Shown here: in pieces, positions 35,204 through 42,528 of the stretch
Numbering within the stretch: the stretch's first letter is position 1
How the letters are laid out: each line of letters starts with the position of its first letter
NCBI GenBank assembly: GCA_964387425.1
Contig: CAYLXP010000001.1
Span: forward strand, 19,452 to 83,451
DNA length: 64,000 nt
Direction of reading: 5' to 3'
Source: an uncultured Victivallales bacterium
GTDB taxonomy: Bacteria; Verrucomicrobiota; Kiritimatiellia; UBA8416
Program-made: the position numbers and the translations under genes
The notes under the pieces: generated by a model
What the model saw: the letters and a program-made list of their open reading frames with translations, nothing else
What the model was told of the DNA's origin: nothing
The model's database searches: none

Positions 35204-36316
35204 ATGACCACCTTTCCTGACAACTGGCCCAAGGTCCGAGCGGCGCTCTGCCACGACTGGCTCACCGGCATGCGTGGCGGCGAGCGCGTACTCGAGATTC
35301 TCTGCGACGGTTTCCCGGACGCCACGATCTACACGCTGCTGGCCAACACCGGCGCCATCTCAGATACCATCCGTAGCCACCCGATTGAAACATCCTGGCT
35401 GCAGCGGATACCCCGCATCGCCGACCACTACCGTTCCTGCTTGCCACTGTTTCCGAATGCCGTAGACGGTCTGCACCCCGGTGAGGTCGATCTCATGGTC
35501 AGCACCAGTCACTGTGTTGCCAAGAGTATCCGCACCCGACCGGACACACGCCATCTCTGTTACTGCTTCACCCCCATGCGCTATGCCTGGACGTTCTACG
35601 AGGAGTACTTTGGCAACAACCCCGCCAAGGCCGCGCTGGCCAAGCCGCTGCTGGCGGCCCTGCGGCGCTGGGACCGAAACACCGCATCACGTGTCGACCG
35701 CTTCGTCGGCATCAGCAAGCACGTCCAGACGCGCATCAAGGATTTCTACGGCCGTGAGTCCGACGTGGTCTACCCGCCGGTCGACACCAAGCGCTGCACC
35801 CCCGGTGAGAATCCCGGCTCGGGCGGGTTCGACCTGATCGTCTCTGCCATGGTGCCATACAAGCGCGTCGACCTTGCGGTCGAGGCCTATACGAAATTGG
35901 GGTACCCCCTCAAGGTTATCGGCGTCGGAGGGAAACTGGCCGAGCTGCAGGCGATGGCGGGTGACAACGTTGAATTCCTGGGATGGCAGTCCGATGACGA
36001 CGTGCTCGACCTCTACCGGACCTGCCGCATGCTGATCTTTCCCGGTGAAGAGGATTTCGGGATTGTTCCGCTTGAGGCCCAGGCCTGCGGCCGCCCTGTC
36101 GTCGCCTACGCCCGCGGGGGCGCCCTCGAAACGGTCAGTGACGGCGTCTCCGGGGTCTTCTTCTCCGAGCAGAACGTTGACTGTCTCATCGACGGCATCG
36201 AGCGATGCGCGACGAACTCATGGGACCCCGCAGCCATCCGGCAAAACGCCGAACGGTTCGATACCGCCAATTTCATCGCGGGCCTCGCCACCAGCATGCA
36301 ACGCTGCCTTGCGTGA
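35204..36316 (+). CDS. glycosyltransferase family 4
   Basis: 370 aa with ALCHDWLTGMRGGERVLE and EEDFGIVPLEAQACGRPVV. Confidence 0.8.
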   Translation: MTTFPDNWPKVRAALCHDWLTGMRGGERVLEILCDGFPDATIYTLLANTGAISDTIRSHPIETSWLQRIPRIADHYRSCLPLFPNAVDGLHPGEVDLMVSTSHCVAKSIRTRPDTRHLCYCFTPMRYAWTFYEEYFGNNPAKAALAKPLLAALRRWDRNTASRVDRFVGISKHVQTRIKDFYGRESDVVYPPVDTKRCTPGENPGSGGFDLIVSAMVPYKRVDLAVEAYTKLGYPLKVIGVGGKLAELQAMAGDNVEFLGWQSDDDVLDLYRTCRMLIFPGEEDFGIVPLEAQACGRPVVAYARGGALETVSDGVSGVFFSEQNVDCLIDGIERCATNSWDPAAIRQNAERFDTANFIAGLATSMQRCLA

Positions 36317-36340
36317 AACCTCAAGTCCCACAAGACCGGC

Positions 36341-36424
36341 ACAGGCTCCCTCGGGGACTCGGGAAGCCTGTCCTACAAGCCAAATCCCGTGTAGGACGCG
36401 CTTCTCCTTCTCAGGAGAGCGTGT
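36341..36424 (+). terminator. three consecutive GC-rich hairpins downstream of the glycosyltransferase operon (putative terminator region)
   Basis: The three stems are ACAGGCT...AGCCTGT, TCCTACA(N12)TGTAGGA and ACGCGCTTCTCC(N6)GGAGAGCGTGT. T-rich stretches (CACTTTTCTCCTACTTTT) follow. Confidence 0.4.
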
Positions 36425-36556
36425 GAACCGCCACTTTTCTCCTACTTTTCCACCAACACTGGCTTGACACCGGGGCCGAACTTCCGTACGTTTTCACGGT
36501 TTTTCGCCCAGAACCTTGGAAGCAGGACGGGGAAACCGTCCATAAGGAAGTTAGCT

Positions 36557-36871
36557 ATGGAAGCATATGCAGTAGTGGAAACCGGTGGCAAGCAGTACCG
36601 GGTCCAGGCTGGTGATACACTCAAAGTTGAGAAGCTCGACGCCGAAGTCGGCAGCGCAGTTGAGCTCGATCAGGTTCTGGCCCTGTCGGACGGAAAAGAG
36701 CTGTCAGTCGGGACTCCGAAGCTGGAAAAGGCGAAGGTCAAGTCCACCGTCCTAGACCAGATCCGGGGACCGAAAGTGGTCAATTTCAAGAAGAAGCGGC
36801 GCAAAGGCTACACGCGCAAAGTCGGGCACCGTCAGTCACTGACCGTGCTCAAGGTAGAGAGTATTGGGTAG
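36557..36871 (+). CDS. rplU: 50S ribosomal protein L21
   Basis: Starts at ATG 36557 (MEAYAVVETGGKQYRVQAGD) behind an AAGGAAG Shine-Dalgarno. The track ORF starts upstream at 36464. Confidence 0.93.
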   Translation: MEAYAVVETGGKQYRVQAGDTLKVEKLDAEVGSAVELDQVLALSDGKELSVGTPKLEKAKVKSTVLDQIRGPKVVNFKKKRRKGYTRKVGHRQSLTVLKVESIG

Positions 36872-36898
36872 TTAGCCCCGGAAACGGGAGAGGATACC

Positions 36899-37159
36899 AT
36901 GGCACATAAGAAAAGTGGCGGCTCCGCTAAGAACGGTCGCGATAGTCAATCCAAACGCCTCGGCGTCAAGCGTTACGACGGTCAGGTTGTGACCGGTGGT
37001 TCCATCCTGGTTCGCCAGCGCGGAACCAAGATCCACCCCGGCCTCAATGTTGGGCGTGGCAAGGACGACACCCTGTTCGCTCTGAAAGATGGCTTGGTCA
37101 AGTTCCAGAAGAACGGCAAGATTGTCAGCGTTCTGGAGCCCGAAGCCGCAGTGGCCTAG
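36899..37159 (+). CDS. rpmA: 50S ribosomal protein L27
   Basis: 86 aa: [29 protein letters not shown]. Confidence 0.95.
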   Translation: MAHKKSGGSAKNGRDSQSKRLGVKRYDGQVVTGGSILVRQRGTKIHPGLNVGRGKDDTLFALKDGLVKFQKNGKIVSVLEPEAAVA

Positions 37160-37180
37160 CCCTGTTGAATTAACACCGGA

Positions 37181-37218
37181 AGAGCAGAAGATCCCTAGAT
37201 CTTCTGCTCTTTTTCTTT
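37181..37218 (+). terminator. intrinsic terminator after rpmA
   Basis: A perfect 13-bp stem AGAGCAGAAGATC / GATCTTCTGCTCT with loop CCTA, followed by TTTTCTTT. Confidence 0.85.
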
Positions 37219-37243
37219 CCCGCCCCCTGTCTTCTTCCCCCCT

Positions 37244-37271
37244 GAAACCTGAAACCCGAAACCTGAAACCT
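37244..37271. repeat. tandem heptamer array (GAAACCY x4) abutting the obg start codon
   Basis: GAAACCT GAAACCC GAAACCT GAAACCT, then CCTGA and ATG (37277). Confidence 0.85.
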
Positions 37272-37276
37272 CCTGA

Positions 37277-38284
37277 ATGAAATCACGCAAGTTCATCGAC
37301 AAGGTTGTTGTCTATGCCACATCCGGCCGGGGTGGCAACGGCTCAGCCAGTTTCCGGCGCGAGAAATTCGTTGCCCACGGTGGCCCCGACGGCGGCGATG
37401 GCGGCAAGGGCGGCAGCGTCATTTTGCGCGGCAACCGAGACGAGGACTCCCTGGTCAGGCTCTACTTCGCCCCTCACCAGAAAGCCAAACGCGGGGGTGA
37501 CGGTCGTGGGCGTCAGATGCACGGAGCCAATGGCGAGGACTGTATCCTCGGCATTCCTCTCGGAACCGAAGTATGGGACCGCGAAGCCGATATCATGCTT
37601 GGTGATATCGTTGAACACGGACAGGAGCTTGTGGTTGCGAAGGGCGGCAAGGGCGGCATCGGCAACGTCCATTTCAAGAGTTCCACCCACCAGGCCCCGA
37701 CCGAGTTTACGCCCGGCGAGGAGGGCGAAGAAATAGCCCTCCGCCTCGAGCTCAAGATCATGGCTGACATCGGTCTGGTAGGTCTGCCGAACGCCGGCAA
37801 GTCATCGCTGCTCTCGCGTGTCAGCGATGCCCACCCCAAGGTGGCCGCCTACCCCTTCACCACGCTGAATCCGGTTCTGGGGACGGTGGTCTTCGAAGAC
37901 TACAGCCGACTGCGGATCGCGGACATCCCCGGACTGATCGAGGGTGCACACGACGGCGTTGGCCTGGGGCACGCGTTCCTGCGTCATGTCGAACGCTCGA
38001 ACTACCTGATCTACGTCCTTGATATGGCCGGCGTGGATGGCCGGAAGGCGGAAGATGATTACCGCTGCCTCCAGGAGGAGCTGCGGCTGCATGATGCCAC
38101 CCTTATGGAGCGGCCCTCGCTGGTGGTCGCCAACAAGATGGACCTTCCCGAGGCCGCAGAGAACCTCGAGCGATTCTGCAAAGAGACCGGCTGCGACCCG
38201 ATTACGATCTCGGCCGAGACCGGTGATGGCATCGACGCTCTCAAAGCCAAACTCCACGATCTCTGCGAAAAGGTCCGGCTATAG
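37277..38284 (+). CDS. obg: GTPase Obg/CgtA
   Basis: 335 aa with the Obg fold N-terminus (FIDKVVVYATSGRGGNGSASFRREKF) and G1 motif GLVGLPNAGKSSLL. Confidence 0.95.
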   Translation: MKSRKFIDKVVVYATSGRGGNGSASFRREKFVAHGGPDGGDGGKGGSVILRGNRDEDSLVRLYFAPHQKAKRGGDGRGRQMHGANGEDCILGIPLGTEVWDREADIMLGDIVEHGQELVVAKGGKGGIGNVHFKSSTHQAPTEFTPGEEGEEIALRLELKIMADIGLVGLPNAGKSSLLSRVSDAHPKVAAYPFTTLNPVLGTVVFEDYSRLRIADIPGLIEGAHDGVGLGHAFLRHVERSNYLIYVLDMAGVDGRKAEDDYRCLQEELRLHDATLMERPSLVVANKMDLPEAAENLERFCKETGCDPITISAETGDGIDALKAKLHDLCEKVRL

Positions 38285-38293
38285 AAGAAAAAG

Positions 38294-38406
38294 TTGAAAC
38301 ACTGAAAGCCTGAAACGCTGAAAGAGTAAAGGAGGCACGCGCCCCTTCTTCAGCCTTTCAGTATTTCAGCCTTTCAGCCTTTCAGCCTTTCAGCCTTTCA
38401 GCCTTT
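38294..38406. terminator. bidirectional terminator-like long imperfect palindrome; right arm is a 7-unit tandem octamer array (CAGCCTTT)
   Basis: The left arm is TTGAAACACTGAAAGCCTGAAACGCTGAAAGAG. The right arm (38351-38406) is CAGCCTTT CAGTATTT followed by five CAGCCTTT units. T-runs follow on both strands. Lies between the convergent obg and outer-membrane protein genes. Confidence 0.7.
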
Positions 38407-38408
38407 TC

Positions 38409-39305
38409 TTAGAATGGTCCGCCTATCCCCACCCGCACAAACGTGGCACTGTGGAGATCGATCTCTTTCTCCATGCCGGGGGCGCGGCGCTCAAACTCGA
38501 TGTTTCGTTCCGACAAGGCACCTATCTCGCCGATCACGCGTAAGTCGTGCGAGAGGGCGTAGCTCGCACCGACGGTTGTGCGGTAAGCTTCCATCGACAT
38601 CTTCTTGCGATCAAAATCGCCCTTCTCGCGGATCCTATAGGTCGTGCTCTCCCATGCCCATCCGATGTAGGTGCTCCAGACATCATTCCAGTGACAGATC
38701 GCCTTGGCTTCAGGAAGCGTAGCTTCGACACGAAGCCAATCCGTGGGGCCCCAGACCAGGCCAATGATCGGCAGGAAGATCCGCTCGAAACCGGGACGAA
38801 GCTGCAATCCGACCGTGGCCGAGATCTGCGGGTTAAACGTCATCACCCCCGCGGCCGACAGCGGTAGAGCAAGAGAGCGGAAATTCAGCTCCTCGATGTC
38901 AGAGTAGATACCGGGCGCTGCCCGAACTTGCAGAGCCGAACCGTTTACGTAGCGCCAGGTCCATCCAACATCTGCAGCCAGAACCACGAGCTGATCCGGC
39001 AACTGGATCCGGCCTGAGCTGAAGAAGATCTTGCCATCCAACAGCAGGTTGACGTCTATGTCACCAAGCAGCACGTCCCGGAAATAGCCCATCTCACATG
39101 CCCCGTCGAATTCAGCGATACGTGTCTCGCCATGACCACTGAGCCTGCTCTCGGGAACGAAGGACAATCCCAACGAATAGGCCGAGTCCGACGTGTGATC
39201 CAGAATCTGACAGGTGGATGAACCCGCGCCCCATGTTGAATCCTGCGCGTGTACCGACGCGATCGCCAAATTGAGCAAAACGAGGCAAACCAGCACTTTA
39301 TTCAC
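38409..39305 (-). CDS. hypothetical outer-membrane beta-barrel protein
   Basis: 298 aa with signal peptide MNKVLVCLVLLNLAIASVHAQ, alternating hydrophobic strands and a C-terminal aromatic residue (...GIGGPF). Confidence 0.6.
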   Translation of the reverse strand: MNKVLVCLVLLNLAIASVHAQDSTWGAGSSTCQILDHTSDSAYSLGLSFVPESRLSGHGETRIAEFDGACEMGYFRDVLLGDIDVNLLLDGKIFFSSGRIQLPDQLVVLAADVGWTWRYVNGSALQVRAAPGIYSDIEELNFRSLALPLSAAGVMTFNPQISATVGLQLRPGFERIFLPIIGLVWGPTDWLRVEATLPEAKAICHWNDVWSTYIGWAWESTTYRIREKGDFDRKKMSMEAYRTTVGASYALSHDLRVIGEIGALSERNIEFERRAPGMEKEIDLHSATFVRVGIGGPF

Positions 39306-39518
39306 TTCACGTCTCCCGGGTTGAAACTCAGCCCCCTTAATGGGGCTTTAACATCTGCACAGAGCATAGAGAGCGAACACGTGTGGACGCAAGAGCGATT
39401 CCTGTCGGGGGTGAGAAATAGGGAGGTCGCGCTCGTGAAGCCATCGAACAGTGCTCTTGCCGCAAAGTGCTTGAAAGCCAACGGCCAATAGTGCTAGCTT
39501 CTCATTCCTTTCTGATGG

Positions 39519-39594
39519 GGGGGTATAGCTCAGTTGGTAGAGCGTCGCGTTCGCAATGCGAAGGCCAGGGGTTCGAATCCCCTTACCTCCACCA
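39519..39594 (+). tRNA. tRNA-Ala (anticodon CGC), CCA encoded
   Basis: Cloverleaf folded by hand: acceptor GGGGGTA/TACCTCC with the G3:U70 Ala identity pair, anticodon loop TTCGCAA, T-arm AGGGG TTCGAAT CCCCT, then ACCA. Confidence 0.9.
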
Positions 39595-39760
39595 GACTTC
39601 GCCTTCGCTTCGCTCCTGGCTCCGTCTGGCTTCGCCGGATCAACATTAAGTGGTCACTCCCACATTCCCTGAGCCGGATTCTTCTTGTAAGGAAACGCAG
39701 GGTGATGCGATTTACTTAAAGCACAGGAGCGACATACTAGATCAGGAAAGGAGCGGCACG

Positions 39761-40378
39761 ATGAAGACGCTTGTTGTTAGCTATCTCCCTCGCGGGGAAC
39801 GATCCCACACACGCAAACTGCTTGATGCATTCCGCGAAGTCGCCGACGGGGCTGAGATCGAGTATCTCGACCTCCTTGAGGATACTCCTGAGCTGCTGGA
39901 TGCGCAGCGCGTCCAGGCCTATATCCGCCGCAACTACCTTGGGGAAGAGCTCGGTGACGAGGATACGGATCTCCTGGCGACGATGGATCGTATGACACAG
40001 CAGTTCGCCCTCGCGGATGCCGTTGTGCTGGCGTTTCCCATGCACAACTTCTCTTTCCCGGCCACGGTGAAAGCGTACTTTGATGGCATCATGCAGAAGG
40101 GCAAGACATGGGATGCCGGGCCGGATGGGTACTTTGGCCTGCTGAAGGGCAAGAAGGCGCTGGTGCTGATGGCTTCAGGCGGTATCTACGAAGGAGATTT
40201 CGCTCCCTACGAGCACGCGCTCAGCCTTGCGCGGGTAGAATTCGGCTTCATGGGCTTCGAGGACGTGCGGACAGTTACCGCGGCCGGCATGAATTTCCTG
40301 CCGCCGGAGCAGGCAGAGCAGGCCGTCGCTAATGCACAGATAGAGGCGAGAGCGGTTGCGGAAGACTGGTACAGGTAG
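39761..40378 (+). CDS. azoR: FMN-dependent NADH-azoreductase / flavodoxin-like quinone reductase
   Basis: Starts at ATG 39761 (MKTLVVSYLPRGERSHTRKLLDAF) behind an AGGAAAGGAG Shine-Dalgarno. Contains FPMHNFSFPATVKAYFDGI. Confidence 0.8.
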   Translation: MKTLVVSYLPRGERSHTRKLLDAFREVADGAEIEYLDLLEDTPELLDAQRVQAYIRRNYLGEELGDEDTDLLATMDRMTQQFALADAVVLAFPMHNFSFPATVKAYFDGIMQKGKTWDAGPDGYFGLLKGKKALVLMASGGIYEGDFAPYEHALSLARVEFGFMGFEDVRTVTAAGMNFLPPEQAEQAVANAQIEARAVAEDWYR

Positions 40379-40402
40379 TCTGAAACCCCAAAGGCGAACG
40401 TC

Positions 40403-40430
40403 CAACAACATTGAACACTGAACATCGAAG
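40403..40430. repeat. tandem heptamer array related to the 32036..32121 element
   Basis: CAACAAC ATTGAAC ACTGAAC ATCGAAG. The core ATTGAACACTGAAC matches 13 of 14 positions of ATCGAACACTGAAC, the reverse complement of 32104-32117. Confidence 0.7.
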
Positions 40431-40509
40431 TGTGGAGCTTCCGCCTACACTACGCTCCGGCGTGACATGTCACACCGTAGATCTCGCCAAGGTAAATGCG
40501 GTCCTTTTC

Positions 40510-40544
40510 CAATGACTATTGACCAATGACCGCTGACCAATCAC
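40510..40544. repeat. tandem heptamer array (CAATGAC-like x5)
   Basis: CAATGAC TATTGAC CAATGAC CGCTGAC CAATCAC, 13 nt downstream of the lipoprotein gene stop. Confidence 0.8.
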
Positions 40545-40556
40545 CGGCCGAAGGCC

Positions 40557-40925
40557 CTACTGCCCCTGGACAATCACGGTGCTGGCAATCCAGCCCTGGC
40601 TATCCTGGACACGAACGGTATTGACGCCGACCTGGTTGGCCGCCGGGGTGTACGTGACAATGCGGCTTTCCGCATCATTTCCGGAGAGCGCACCTAGAGC
40701 GGCGGCACTCATGGTCCAGGCAAACGGACTGATGCCACCCACAATATTCAGTGTAACCTGGGTGTTGGTTCCCATGTTAAAGGCGCTTGGATCGATACGG
40801 AACTCCACCCCGTTGTCCGCCGCACCTTCGACTTCAGAGTTATTCTTCTCGCAGCCAACGCTCAGCCAGAGCACGACCATGGCCACACCTGCCGCACACA
40901 AGAGATAGCGGTTCAGAAGTTGCAT
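40557..40925 (-). CDS. small lipoprotein with Ig-like beta domain
   Basis: 122 aa with lipobox LSVGC after a hydrophobic leader, followed by a beta-rich ~95 aa region. Confidence 0.55.
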   Translation of the reverse strand: MQLLNRYLLCAAGVAMVVLWLSVGCEKNNSEVEGAADNGVEFRIDPSAFNMGTNTQVTLNIVGGISPFAWTMSAAALGALSGNDAESRIVTYTPAANQVGVNTVRVQDSQGWIASTVIVQGQ

Positions 40926-41641
40926 CGGACACCAGCCCCCACGGTTCGATCGTTGTCACCATAGAACGTTCCCGAGATCCCGAAAATCCAGGAATCGAAG
41001 AACATCCAATCTGCACCGACCACGAATCCGAAATCGCGATTGCCCTCAAACTCGGCATCGCCAAAATCACCCTCGACGTCGGAGTAACAGACACCACTGA
41101 AGAACGAGGTGTAGGCCGGACCGTAAGGCAGGCGGCTATTGCCGCGGATGTGGCTGGCCGTATAACGCACGGTCGGGGTGACACGTGTCTCCTCCCACGA
41201 GAAGTCCGCGTCGCGGAGATTGGACTCGGTTGACTCGCGGGCAGCCCTAACATTCAATCCCAACGTATGGGTCTTGCCGAGAACCGGCGACTGTCGGAGA
41301 ATGTGTTGCCAAACGGCAACATCGACCCCGTAAGTCCATGAGAAGCCGCCCTCCCCTTCACTCTGCGGGAGCTCGGCCTTGCTCCAGCCGGCCTCCACGA
41401 AGAAATGGATGGGAGAAATCAAGGTGAGACCAAACTGGGCCGTCGTGCGCAACAGGTCCACGTCGAGGATATCTCCGTCAGACACGAATTCGCGGCGAGC
41501 CAGGTCCGCCCGGACACCCGCGGTCCACCCCTGCCCTACCGTCGACTCAATTAACGCCCCATCCGTAACCAGAATGCCTTCTGCAGAAAGCTGAGCTGCC
41601 AAAGCCAGCCAAACCGCCAGTACCGTCCACGATCGTAGCAT
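40913..41641 (-). CDS. hypothetical outer-membrane beta-barrel protein
   Basis: 242 aa with signal peptide MLRSWTVLAVWLALAAQLSAEG, an alternating strand pattern and a C-terminal ...RCNF. Overlaps the downstream lipoprotein gene by 13 nt. Confidence 0.6.
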   Translation of the reverse strand: MLRSWTVLAVWLALAAQLSAEGILVTDGALIESTVGQGWTAGVRADLARREFVSDGDILDVDLLRTTAQFGLTLISPIHFFVEAGWSKAELPQSEGEGGFSWTYGVDVAVWQHILRQSPVLGKTHTLGLNVRAARESTESNLRDADFSWEETRVTPTVRYTASHIRGNSRLPYGPAYTSFFSGVCYSDVEGDFGDAEFEGNRDFGFVVGADWMFFDSWIFGISGTFYGDNDRTVGAGVRCNF

Positions 41642-41658
41642 CTGTCTCCCCGTCCCTC

Positions 41659-42204
41659 TTACAGCAATTCGGCAAGACGACTTCGCGCCTCTTCGGCCTG
41701 TTCGCTCGCCGCCTGCTGCTGTTTCTCATCCGCCCCATTAGATTCGCTAAAGGCTTCTTCGGCCGATTCGAAACTCCCAACGGCCTGGGTCAAGGCCAGC
41801 CTGGCCGACTCCCTGGCCGACGTCGATAGGGTCTCGGCGTTCTCCTGCTGGTCGGTATCCTTCAGCGTGCCGTAGACATCCGCCGCATGCGACCAGTTGT
41901 CGGCGGCCTTTTCGTAGTGAATCGCGGCAGCCATCTCGAGCTTCCCCGCGCGCAGCTCTGCCTTGCCGGCGCGCTTCATGTTGGCGCGGCGCTCGGCCTC
42001 ATAGAGATACTCGCGGTCACGATAGCCGGCTGCGGAATCGAGCAACGCCATGGCCTCTTCCTCAAGCGCAATCGCGTTGTCGTTGCGGCTGATGGCAGAC
42101 CGCTCCCATCCCTCGGCATCATCAACACTGAGGGCTCGACTCGGAATGACCAGGGCCTGCAGCGCCAGTAATGCCCCGATGAATACAGCGGTATTGGTAC
42201 GCAT
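41659..42204 (-). CDS. secreted all-helical hypothetical protein
   Basis: 181 aa with signal peptide MRTNTAVFIGALLALQALVIPSRALS and an Ala/Glu-rich helical remainder. Confidence 0.5.
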   Translation of the reverse strand: MRTNTAVFIGALLALQALVIPSRALSVDDAEGWERSAISRNDNAIALEEEAMALLDSAAGYRDREYLYEAERRANMKRAGKAELRAGKLEMAAAIHYEKAADNWSHAADVYGTLKDTDQQENAETLSTSARESARLALTQAVGSFESAEEAFSESNGADEKQQQAASEQAEEARSRLAELL

Positions 42205-42353
42205 TTCGTCCTCAATTCAGACTGTCGCGCCAAGAACCAATAGGTGAATTTCAGTACGATCATAGTATAGACGCCCCGAACCATGCCTTTCAATAGTGAG
42301 ATCACTCCTATTTTTCGTGGTCTTTTGGGACGCTCTGGCCCGTTCTTCAGGGG

Positions 42354-42435
42354 ATTAGGCCTTAGGTGTTAGGCGCTAGTGGCTAGAATCGGACAGGAGC
42401 AACCTAACGACTAACGCCTAGCTCCTAACCACTGG
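42354..42435. repeat. imperfect palindrome built from TTAGG-type heptamers, inside a divergent promoter region
   Basis: The left arm is ATTAGGCCTTAGGTGTTAGGCGCTAGTGGCTAG. The right arm is CCTAACGACTAACGCCTAGCTCCTAACCACTGG. About 20 of 27 positions are complementary by hand alignment. Confidence 0.75.
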
Positions 42436-42528
42436 CTTTTGCGCTGGCAACAGCGGAAAAGCCTACGGTCAGCTCTTGTGTTTCGCGTGTCAATCAGCCT
42501 AAAGTACGCCAAGAGAGGGAGGTAACAA

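Noticed and set aside
38351-38406. Considered whether the tandem arrays (38351-38406, 32036-32121, 28048-28082 and others) could be CRISPR arrays.
   Set aside because: The units are only 7-8 nt with no spacers, and no cas genes are present. They are microsatellite-like arrays, not CRISPR.
39467-39719. ORFs 39467..39649 and 39534..39719 from the track.
   Set aside because: They run through the tRNA-Ala gene and its flanks and have no coding signatures.
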